From positions 62,001 to 126,000 of the IMG/VR virus record IMGVR_UViG_3300036770_003657: a stretch of DNA of 64,000 nucleotides; one strand, 5' to 3'. The translations under genes were made by a program, and so were the position numbers. Below the pieces are notes generated by a model. It was not told the DNA's origin. It saw nothing but the letters and a program-made list of their open reading frames with translations, and did not search any database. Below are positions 28,512 through 36,481 of this stretch, in pieces; the stretch's first letter is position 1; each line of letters begins with the position of its first letter.

Positions 28512-29564
28512 ATGGGAGATCGTTCAAAGTTCGAACAGATGCTTGAGTACCTTATTAACGATGAGGAAGCCCGAGCACGAGAATTGTTTCATGATATCGT
28601 GGTGGCCAAGAGCCGCGAGATTTACGAGAATTTATTAGCCGAAGACTTCCAAGAGGAAGAAACAGAAGAAGCCCGTGATGGTGACGATGATGACGTCGAA
28701 GAAAATTACGGCATGGGTGGAAATATGCAGCCCCCTCAAGAACCAGGTATGGAAGCCTTCGGTGGTGATGCATCAGACGACATGTTAGGTGACGTTGGTG
28801 ATGAAGGTGATGATGAGATGGACATGGGCGGCGACATGGATAGCATGGGCGGCGACATGGATATGGACATGGGCGATGGTGATGATGGACTAGGTGATAG
28901 ACTAGACGATCTAGAAGCTGAATTAGCCGCTATCAGAGATGAGTTTGAAGAAAAACTAGGTGGTGATGAAGAAGGTGGCGACATGGATGACATGGGAGGC
29001 GATGGAGAAGGTGATGCTATGCCTCCTATGGGTGATGAAGAAGATGACGAAGTAAAAGACGGCATGTTCTATGAAGAAAGTGATGATGAAGATGATAAAG
29101 ATAAAGATACAGATTCAGATGATGAACAAACAGACGAAGACTTCATCCGTGAATATGTAGAAAAAGTGGGTGGTGGTAATTACAACACTTGGGGTAAGAT
29201 GGGTGACGATGGTCAAAACACTAAAAGCCCAGTAGCTGGTCCAAATAGAATGGGTGGTACTTCAGAAAACATTCTAAAAGGCGGTGTTTACAACGGTAAA
29301 GAAGTAGGTGCCGGTAGCACTATCGAAGGTAATGGAGTGTTCAAGCAGAGCAAGCCACAAATTGAAGATTTTGGCAACGTAAACAAGCCAGGTGGCAATG
29401 CTGGTAAAACAGGCTTTAAGAAGAAAGAGCCTGGACATGGCGCTGAGAAGAAAGGTGAAGCTGAAGGCAAAGCCTGGGGCGCAGGTACAGGTGGAGCAGT
29501 AGGTCAAGTTGGTAGTCTAAACACCAAGAGCCTACTAAGTGGAGCTCCAAAAAGAGCCAAATAA
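28512..29564 (+). CDS. Acidic prohead core/scaffold-like protein
   Basis: 350 aa, very D/E/G/M-rich and low in complexity. Directly upstream of gp21. Confidence 0.65.
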   Translation: MGDRSKFEQMLEYLINDEEARARELFHDIVVAKSREIYENLLAEDFQEEETEEARDGDDDDVEENYGMGGNMQPPQEPGMEAFGGDASDDMLGDVGDEGDDEMDMGGDMDSMGGDMDMDMGDGDDGLGDRLDDLEAELAAIRDEFEEKLGGDEEGGDMDDMGGDGEGDAMPPMGDEEDDEVKDGMFYEESDDEDDKDKDTDSDDEQTDEDFIREYVEKVGGGNYNTWGKMGDDGQNTKSPVAGPNRMGGTSENILKGGVYNGKEVGAGSTIEGNGVFKQSKPQIEDFGNVNKPGGNAGKTGFKKKEPGHGAEKKGEAEGKAWGAGTGGAVGQVGSLNTKSLLSGAPKRAK

Positions 29565-29574
29565 CAGAGACTAG

Positions 29575-30201
29575 ATGAGTTATCTTAGAGAAAACTTGAG
29601 TTTCGATCAGGCGAGAGTCGTGATCGAAAGTCAAGGAGAGAACGGCAAAGACCTTTATATGAAAGGTATTTGTATTCAAGGTGGTATTAAAAATGCCAAC
29701 CAGAGAATATATCCTGTAGACGAGATAGAAAGAGCTGTCAAAACCTTGAACGATCAGATCTCAGGAGGCTACAGCGTTCTCGGAGAGGTAGATCATCCAG
29801 ATGACCTAAAGATCAATTTGGACCGAGTCAGTCACATGATTACAGAAATGTGGATGGACGGTCCAAATGGTTATGGCAAGTTTAAGATACTGCCAACACC
29901 CATGGGACAACTAGTGAGAACTATGTTAGAAAGTGGAGTTAAGTTGGGAGTAAGCAGTAGAGGATCCGGCAATGTCAGTGGAGATGGTACTGGCAAGGTC
30001 AGTGATTTTGAGATCATTACAGTGGATGTAGTGGCTCAACCAAGTGCCCCAGGCGCTTATCCTACACCAATTTATGAACACTTGATGAACAATCGTGGTG
30101 GGCATAGAGCCTTACGCATAGCGGAGGAAGTGAAGAAAGACGCCAAGGCACAGAAGTATATTAAAGAGAGCCTATTAGCAGTAATAGGCAAGCTCCGATA
30201 A
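29575..30201 (+). CDS. gp21: Prohead protease
   Basis: KNANQRIYP, LGEVDHP, LGVSSRGSG and DVVAQPSAPGAY. Confidence 0.95.
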   Translation: MSYLRENLSFDQARVVIESQGENGKDLYMKGICIQGGIKNANQRIYPVDEIERAVKTLNDQISGGYSVLGEVDHPDDLKINLDRVSHMITEMWMDGPNGYGKFKILPTPMGQLVRTMLESGVKLGVSSRGSGNVSGDGTGKVSDFEIITVDVVAQPSAPGAYPTPIYEHLMNNRGGHRALRIAEEVKKDAKAQKYIKESLLAVIGKLR

Positions 30202-30217
30202 CAAGAGGAGAATCACA

Positions 30218-31318
30218 ATGTTGGATGTATTAAAAGGCTTATTTGAAAACAATGTGATTAGCGAAGACATTCGAAGTCAAATTGAGGAAGCATGGGAAGC
30301 CCGTGTAGCCGAAAATCGCGAACAACTAACACAACAATTAAGGGAAGAATTTGCTCAGCGTTATGAGCATGATCGTACAGTTATGATCGAAGCCATTGAC
30401 AGAATGGTAGCAGATCAACTAGCACCTGAAATTGCTGAGTTCGCGGAAGACCGTAAACAATTAGCTGAAGCCAAAGCCAAGTATGCTCTAAAGATGAAGC
30501 AGGATAGTGCTGTACTAAAAGAATTTATTACACGTACTCTAGCTAAAGAAGTCAAAGAGCTACACGAAGATCAAAAGTCTATGGCTAACAAATTTTTCAA
30601 ACTAGAAGAATTTGTGGTAGAAGCTCTCGCTAATGAAATTGCAGAATTTTATGCAGATAAGAAGGATCTAGCCCAGACCAAGGTTAAGTTAATTAAAGAA
30701 GGTCGCCAACAGCTAGGTAAGATGAAGAAAGAATTTGTTAAGCGTGCCGCAGTGATGGTCGAACAAGTTGTAGTAAAGAGTTTAAACAATGAACTTGTAC
30801 AACTAAAAGAAGACATTGAATCAGCACGTAGAGCAGACTTTGGTCGTAAGATATTTGAAGCATTTAGCAACGAATACCAGAATAGTTACTTAAATGAGAA
30901 ATCAGAAACAAGTAAATTGCTCAAGGTTATAAACAAGAAAGACTCCGCTATTACGATGGCTAATACAGTAGCAGTGAAGGCACAGAGAGTCATAGAAAGC
31001 AAAGAAATGGAAATTCGTCGTCTAAAAGAAGCAGCCAAGCGTAAAGAAGTTATGAGTGAACTGCTTGCTCCACTTAGCGCAGAACAAAAGGGAATTATGA
31101 GTGAACTTTTAGAGAGCGTTCAAACAACACGACTAACAGAAAGTTTTAACAAGTACTTACCAACTATTATAGAAGGTAGTACTGGTACAACCAAGAAAAG
31201 ACAGGCACTTGTAGAGGCAAAAGAAATTACCGGTAACAAGGTTACCACACAAAAGACAAACAGCAGCGAAACCGATAGTAACATCGTTGATATCCGTCGC
31301 CTAGCTGGACTTAATTAA
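30218..31318 (+). CDS. gp22: Prohead scaffold protein
   Basis: 366-aa coiled coil between gp21 and gp23. Confidence 0.85.
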   Translation: MLDVLKGLFENNVISEDIRSQIEEAWEARVAENREQLTQQLREEFAQRYEHDRTVMIEAIDRMVADQLAPEIAEFAEDRKQLAEAKAKYALKMKQDSAVLKEFITRTLAKEVKELHEDQKSMANKFFKLEEFVVEALANEIAEFYADKKDLAQTKVKLIKEGRQQLGKMKKEFVKRAAVMVEQVVVKSLNNELVQLKEDIESARRADFGRKIFEAFSNEYQNSYLNEKSETSKLLKVINKKDSAITMANTVAVKAQRVIESKEMEIRRLKEAAKRKEVMSELLAPLSAEQKGIMSELLESVQTTRLTESFNKYLPTIIEGSTGTTKKRQALVEAKEITGNKVTTQKTNSSETDSNIVDIRRLAGLN

Positions 31319-31328
31319 GGAGAAAGAA

Positions 31329-32507
31329 ATGTCTGAACTACTAACAAAGCGTTGGCAGGAGACAAAAGAGGCTCTACTCGAAGGCCTCCAAGGCACAAAA
31401 AAATCAGTGATGGGTGTAACTCTTGAGAATACTCGTAAGTATCTCGCAGAAACCGCAAGCGCTGGTACTACTTCTGCTGGCAACGTCGCAACTTTAAACC
31501 GCGTGATCCTTCCAGTGATCCGTCGTGTTATGCCAACCGTTATTGCTAACGAGTTGGTTGGTGTACAACCATTAACTGGACCAGTTGGTCAAATCCATAC
31601 ATTGAGAGTACGTTACGCTGATAGTGTAAATGCTAACGGTGATATTGTTGGAACAACAGCTGGTGAAGAGGCATTAAGCCCATTCAAGATTGCTGAGCAG
31701 TACTCCGGTGCTTCTAGTGGTAAAGCCGCTAGTACAGCGACCATGGAAGGTATTGCTGGTCGCAGAATGAGCATCCAGATCCTCAAGCAAACAGTTGAAG
31801 CGAAAACTCGTAAGTTAAGCGCTCGCTGGACATTTGAGGCTGCACAAGATATGCAAAGCCAACATGGCATTGATGTCGAAGCAGAAATTATGGCTGCTCT
31901 AGCACAAGAAATTACTGCTGAAATCGATCAAGAGATCCTAGCAAGTCTAAATAGCTTGGCAGGTAATCCTCTAGCAACTTTCGATCAAGCTAATGTAAGT
32001 GGTACAGCTACATTCGTTGGTGATGAACATGCTGCTCTAGCAGTTCTAATCAACCGTGTTGCTAACATGATTGCTCAACGCACACGTCGTGGTGCTGCTA
32101 ACTGGGCAGTTGTAAGTCCATTTGTATTAACAATCTTACAAAGTGCAACAACAAGTGCATTTGCTCGTACAACAGAAGGCACATTTGAAGCTCCAACAAA
32201 CACCAAGTTAGTTGGTACATTAAATGGTGCTATGAAGATTTATGTAAACACATATGCAAGCGACACACAACCTATCCTTATTGGTTATAAAGGTACAAGT
32301 GAGAGTGATGCTGCTGCATTCTACTGCCCATACATTCCATTGATGAGCAGTGGTGTTGTATTAGATCCATCAACCTTCGAACCAGTCGTATCATTTATGA
32401 CACGTTATGGTTATGTAGAGTTGACAAATACAGCAAGCTCTCTTGGTAATGCTCAAGACTACTTGGGTAAAGTTGGAGTTACAACAGCTAACGTCAAGTT
32501 CAGCTAA
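31329..32507 (+). CDS. gp23: Major capsid protein
   Basis: VGVQPLTGPVGQIHTLR, VEAKTRKLSARWTFEAAQD, AEIDQEI, FYCPYIPL and FMTRYG. Confidence 0.96.
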   Translation: MSELLTKRWQETKEALLEGLQGTKKSVMGVTLENTRKYLAETASAGTTSAGNVATLNRVILPVIRRVMPTVIANELVGVQPLTGPVGQIHTLRVRYADSVNANGDIVGTTAGEEALSPFKIAEQYSGASSGKAASTATMEGIAGRRMSIQILKQTVEAKTRKLSARWTFEAAQDMQSQHGIDVEAEIMAALAQEITAEIDQEILASLNSLAGNPLATFDQANVSGTATFVGDEHAALAVLINRVANMIAQRTRRGAANWAVVSPFVLTILQSATTSAFARTTEGTFEAPTNTKLVGTLNGAMKIYVNTYASDTQPILIGYKGTSESDAAAFYCPYIPLMSSGVVLDPSTFEPVVSFMTRYGYVELTNTASSLGNAQDYLGKVGVTTANVKFS

Positions 32508-32534
32508 TCTTCAACAGACTAAGAGTTTGTTTTT

Positions 32535-32564
32535 AAAAGGCACCTTACATGGTGCCTTTTTTAT
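32535..32564 (+). terminator. Rho-independent terminator after gp23
   Basis: AAAAGGCACC-ttacat-GGTGCCTTTT followed by TTAT. Confidence 0.85.
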
Positions 32565-32570
32565 TAAATA
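32565..32570 (+). promoter_or_regulatory. Late promoter TAAATA
   Basis: Immediately after the gp23 terminator and 21 nt before the ATG at 32592. Confidence 0.55.
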
Positions 32571-32591
32571 TGCTATTATTTAGGAATTTAT

Positions 32592-33290
32592 ATGGAAATT
32601 GAATTACATCTTTTTACTAATAGTACTGTACACTCCCCTGACACATGGCATATTGAAAATACGTATAAAAGTTTTTGTGACACCTTTAAAAAGGAAATGC
32701 CTGTAACAGTATGGGTTGATCGTCAACCTAATTTAGAAAGATGGGAAGAATATGTAGTTAATTTAAGAAAGATTTTCCCTAAGGTTGAAACAGAAGTAGG
32801 TGGACTAAGTCATGGATATCATACTGCTGCATTTAATAGTCCAGCTGAGTTTTTGTTTATGCTAGAACATGATTGGGAATTTTACGCAGATCGTATACCC
32901 CATACATTAGATCAAATTATAGATGGAATGCGTAAAGACAATATTTTACATCTTAGATTTAATCGTAAATTAGGTGGTAATCAGCCAGATGGACATGCCA
33001 GTTTAGGACATGATATTGATTGGGAAGATCATGAAGGTAGTGTATTTCCATATAGTACAGTAAAACAAGTAAGTAATAATCCTCACATAATTAATCGTGA
33101 ACGTTGGGTAAAAGAATGTACTCCACATACTCATTATATTGGATTTACTAAAGTACACGGTTTAGAGGAATATTTGACAGCCAGTCCTATTAGAGGTTCA
33201 ATTTATGGTCCAAGAGGTCACCCTCCTACAGTATATCACACTGATGGTGCCAATCCAAATGAATTAAGGAACAAGGGTATTCGTAACTAA
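32592..33290 (+). CDS. Glycosyltransferase-like protein (GT-A fold)
   Basis: FLFMLEHDWEF resembles the GT-A (E/D)DDW metal-binding strand, followed by ILHLRFN and VSNNPHI. Confidence 0.5.
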   Translation: MEIELHLFTNSTVHSPDTWHIENTYKSFCDTFKKEMPVTVWVDRQPNLERWEEYVVNLRKIFPKVETEVGGLSHGYHTAAFNSPAEFLFMLEHDWEFYADRIPHTLDQIIDGMRKDNILHLRFNRKLGGNQPDGHASLGHDIDWEDHEGSVFPYSTVKQVSNNPHIINRERWVKECTPHTHYIGFTKVHGLEEYLTASPIRGSIYGPRGHPPTVYHTDGANPNELRNKGIRN

Positions 33291-33300
33291 TTTGGATAGC

Positions 33301-33306
33301 TAAATA
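33301..33306 (+). promoter_or_regulatory. Late promoter TAAATA
   Basis: Upstream of a hairpin-containing leader and the ATG at 33370. Confidence 0.6.
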
Positions 33307-33369
33307 GTATATTAACTAATTTATGGGGTACCCACCCCGTAGGCTTAGAACGCTAAAAAGGAGAAACAA

Positions 33370-34086
33370 ATGGGACGTCCAATTCATAAAAAGTTTTTTG
33401 GTCAAACAAATATTGGTAAAACAGGTGAAGGTGTAGGCGGTGAAGGTGTAGCCAGTGTAACAATTGGTGGAAGCTGGGAAGGTTTTACTAGTGCTTCAAC
33501 TACAGTAACATTTAGCGCACCACAAATACCAGGTGGTGAAACTGCAACTGGTACCGCAGTGATTGATGGAAATGGTGCAGTAACAGCAGTTACAATTACT
33601 AATTCTGGTTCAGGATATACATCAGCACCAACAGTAACAATTGCTGATAGTGATGGTGGTGCAGAAACTACTGGAACAGCTACAGCAGTATTGACTACCG
33701 GTGCAGATGCTCGTCAAAATAGTATAACTGTAACAGCTTATTTGCCTGCTGCAAATACTCAAGGTTATATCAGAGGTGCAGGTGGCAGTAGTGCAGTTAC
33801 AGGTGATATATTACGTCAAGTAGGTAGTAATAAGTACGTTGTACAAACTGCTCAAGGTGTAGGTCGTTGTAAACTAGTAGCTGATGGTGCAGCCAATGCA
33901 GCAGGTGAAATGACTATAACAGCAGTAGATAGCAGTGGTAAAACATATTATGTTAGTAAACTAACTGCTAAAAGAGCTAGACTATATCCATATGGTGCAG
34001 CTGGTCATGAGTTTGCAGCTGGTCAAATTGCTCCTTGGAGTTTTGCTGCCGCTGCTAGTGGTAGAGTACAAATTGTCAATAGATAA
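33370..34086 (+). CDS. Virion structural protein
   Basis: 238 aa, T/G/A-rich, with the VTAVTITNSGSGYTSAPTVTI repeat-type motif of phage fibre/sheath-associated proteins. Strong AAGGAG RBS. Confidence 0.7.
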   Translation: MGRPIHKKFFGQTNIGKTGEGVGGEGVASVTIGGSWEGFTSASTTVTFSAPQIPGGETATGTAVIDGNGAVTAVTITNSGSGYTSAPTVTIADSDGGAETTGTATAVLTTGADARQNSITVTAYLPAANTQGYIRGAGGSSAVTGDILRQVGSNKYVVQTAQGVGRCKLVADGAANAAGEMTITAVDSSGKTYYVSKLTAKRARLYPYGAAGHEFAAGQIAPWSFAAAASGRVQIVNR

Positions 34087-35240
34087 TGTCTAAAGTTCTT
34101 AGAATACAAAAAGGCGGATATAAAGTTATTGCTGAAGAAGGCAGTGAGATCCGCCTTGATTCTGGATCTGGAGGTAGGGTAACAGTAACAGGTGATTTAT
34201 ATGTTGAAGGTCAAACAACTTATATCAATACTGTAGACTTAGAAATTGAAGATCGTATTATAATTTTAAACAGAGGTGAACAAGGTCCTGGGATAACTTC
34301 AAGCTCTACACAACCTATGTCAGGACTACAAATTGATAGAGGTAATGTTGATGCCTTGATGGTGTTTGACGAACAACCTTTTAAAAGTTTAACAAGTAAT
34401 CCTAATGAAAACACATTATTACCACCTAGTTTTGTTTTGAAAGATAATTCAAATACTAAAAATTTATTACCTTTAACTACAAATAAAATTCAAACTTATG
34501 GTTTAGAAGGAGGTAATAAGGATTTAACTATTTGGACAGGTTATGAAGGCGTAATAAAAGTAGATTATCTCACAACACCAGCAGGAGAGACAGAAGCTAT
34601 ATATGATCCCTATCATATAAGAATACAAAATTTATTGAATTCTTCCATTGCAGAAATTCAAGATCAAGCTAATGATATGGTTCCTAATATTAAATTTATT
34701 AGAGAATATGTTAGAGCCAGTGCTGGCGAAGCTGTTATTCAAAGATTTTATAGATATACAGAAACCACTACAGAAAATACCTTATCAGGTGGTGAAGCTA
34801 GGGACATTTCACAAGAAGGTGATGGATTTAGTGGGGTACAGTTTGTTGTAGGTTCAGGACCTTTTGGTGCTAGAGTAAAAAATGATGTAGCCAGAATTGG
34901 CCGTTTTGGTTTAGATAACGGAATGATTATCGGACAAGGTGCAGAAAGTGCCAATAATATAAGAATAGTTATTGATAACGGTGATAATGCAGTGATAAAA
35001 ACTGACAATACTGACTTACAGATTAGTCCTAGTACAAGAAATATAGTTTTAAAAAGTGTACTAAGGGTAGAAAATCTAAGTAATGAATTTGCAGACCCAA
35101 CACCAGTAGTAGGTGAAAATGTTTTATTTGTGAGACAAGAATTAGGTTCAGGTGGTACAGGAGTTTATTTTACCAATGTCGTTGGTAATGGTGAATTTTG
35201 TAGTGCATCAAATGCGCTAGTTTATAGTTTAATATTTTAG
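34086..35240 (+). CDS. Virion structural/fibre protein
   Basis: 384 aa. The VTGDLYVEGQTTYINTVDLEIEDRIIILNRG segment is typical of T4-like fibre proteins. Confidence 0.65.
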   Translation: MSKVLRIQKGGYKVIAEEGSEIRLDSGSGGRVTVTGDLYVEGQTTYINTVDLEIEDRIIILNRGEQGPGITSSSTQPMSGLQIDRGNVDALMVFDEQPFKSLTSNPNENTLLPPSFVLKDNSNTKNLLPLTTNKIQTYGLEGGNKDLTIWTGYEGVIKVDYLTTPAGETEAIYDPYHIRIQNLLNSSIAEIQDQANDMVPNIKFIREYVRASAGEAVIQRFYRYTETTTENTLSGGEARDISQEGDGFSGVQFVVGSGPFGARVKNDVARIGRFGLDNGMIIGQGAESANNIRIVIDNGDNAVIKTDNTDLQISPSTRNIVLKSVLRVENLSNEFADPTPVVGENVLFVRQELGSGGTGVYFTNVVGNGEFCSASNALVYSLIF

Positions 35241-35249
35241 GAAAAATAA

Positions 35250-35657
35250 ATGGCAAGTGGTTTTGGATTAGTGAGTTCTATAGTTCCAGTGCTAGCAGTT
35301 ACAAATCCTGATCCAGGAGATATTGCTGGTGCCCCTAGTGGTGGACAACCAATATTTAAAGTTGGAGTTTCTCCCTTTATATCTCCAGATTGGCCTGGTA
35401 CTGCTTATGCAATTACAAGTATGTTTTTTTGTAATAGAGGAAATATTCCTTCTAATTTAACATTATATCTAGTACCTAAAGCTAGTGCATACCCGTCAAC
35501 ATTCACAGTCATTATTAAAGATTTAAATATTCCACCAGGTGATACATTTGCTTTTGAAAGTGAAAAAATTATTTTAGGTGTAGAAGATAGTATTTGGGCC
35601 AGCTGTGATCAACCAGCTAGTATAAATGCTGTATTAAGTGTTGTTAGGGTTGCATAA
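35250..35657 (+). CDS. Small beta-rich virion protein
   Basis: 135 aa. CNRG...IIKDLNIPPGDTFAFESEKIILGVEDSI resembles the 61242 protein. Confidence 0.6.
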   Translation: MASGFGLVSSIVPVLAVTNPDPGDIAGAPSGGQPIFKVGVSPFISPDWPGTAYAITSMFFCNRGNIPSNLTLYLVPKASAYPSTFTVIIKDLNIPPGDTFAFESEKIILGVEDSIWASCDQPASINAVLSVVRVA

Positions 35658-36334
35658 TGAAATTTTATAAAGCTCAAAAATTAAATAACAATATAGTTAA
35701 AAGTCAAGAACTAACTATAAGTTCAAGATATAAAGGTCTAATTATTATGGATTACCCGTTTGATCCTCCTACAGCAGGTGCTACGAGGGAGGAATATGGA
35801 GTGCCTATTATCAATGCAATACGTATACCATCAGGACCTGATAGTGAAAGACCTTTAAAGGCTAACTGGTATAATGATGAGGAAAGCGGTCTTATAAGAT
35901 ATAATACAGATGGCGATGCGTTAGAAGTTTTAACTAATGGTGTTTGGATTCAATTAAAGGCTAAACAACCAGCAGAAATTACTATACAGAGATTTGGTGC
36001 AGCTCCCGGTAATACCCTTGATACTGATGAGGACACTTATATAGGCACAGAGCCAAATGACGACGATACTGGATATCTTGATCCTCTTACATCTACTTTT
36101 GTAGACGGTGTAGAAAAATATTTTGGTCCTATAAAAGAAAGAATTAATGAGCTAACACCAAAGAGTGCTGCAAATATTATGGTATATGTAGAAAATGTAT
36201 TTCAAATACCTTATACTAATTATAGATTAGTTGATAGTGGCGCTATCAATAGAAGCCCTTCTGGGGTGTATCTTCAGTTTGAGTCACCTCCACCCATAGG
36301 TAAAACGGTCACTGTAATTCACGGGTTTGACTAA
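35657..36334 (+). CDS. Virion structural protein
   Basis: 225 aa with GLIRYNTDGDALEV and a C-terminal IMVYVENVFQIP...LQFESPPPIGKTVTVIHGFD. Confidence 0.6.
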   Translation: MKFYKAQKLNNNIVKSQELTISSRYKGLIIMDYPFDPPTAGATREEYGVPIINAIRIPSGPDSERPLKANWYNDEESGLIRYNTDGDALEVLTNGVWIQLKAKQPAEITIQRFGAAPGNTLDTDEDTYIGTEPNDDDTGYLDPLTSTFVDGVEKYFGPIKERINELTPKSAANIMVYVENVFQIPYTNYRLVDSGAINRSPSGVYLQFESPPPIGKTVTVIHGFD

Positions 36335-36352
36335 CCTTTTCCCAAAAATAGC

Positions 36353-36358
36353 TAAATA
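36353..36358 (+). promoter_or_regulatory. Late promoter TAAATA
   Basis: 123 nt upstream of the ATG at 36482, implying a long leader. Confidence 0.6.
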
Positions 36359-36360
36359 AG

Positions 36361-36481
36361 AATGAAGTACTCGTAGTCTGAGTATTGAACAAACTGTGGT
36401 AAACCAGCAAAGAGCCCGAAAGGGATGCGAGCGAGCGTTCAAATTTGGTTAACCGTGAAACACGGGGTATAGGGGAGCAGA
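36361..36481 (+). promoter_or_regulatory. Candidate structured 5-prime leader RNA
   Basis: About 51% GC over 36391-36480 by hand count. Stems: AGTACTC/GAGTATT, TTGAAC/GTTCAA, CCC-GAAA-GGG and CCGTG-AAA-CACGG. Confidence 0.55.

Noticed and set aside
28815-28880. Short tandem CATGGGCGGCGACATGGATA repeats
   Set aside because: They reflect low-complexity GDMD coding in the scaffold-like protein, with no independent signal.
36391-36470. c-di-GMP-I riboswitch or hammerhead ribozyme in the 36361 leader
   Set aside because: GGTTAACCGTGAAACACGG mimics the GGCAAACC..GAAA..GG arm, but the GACGCAAAG junction is missing. CTGAGTA is not the hammerhead CUGANGA core.
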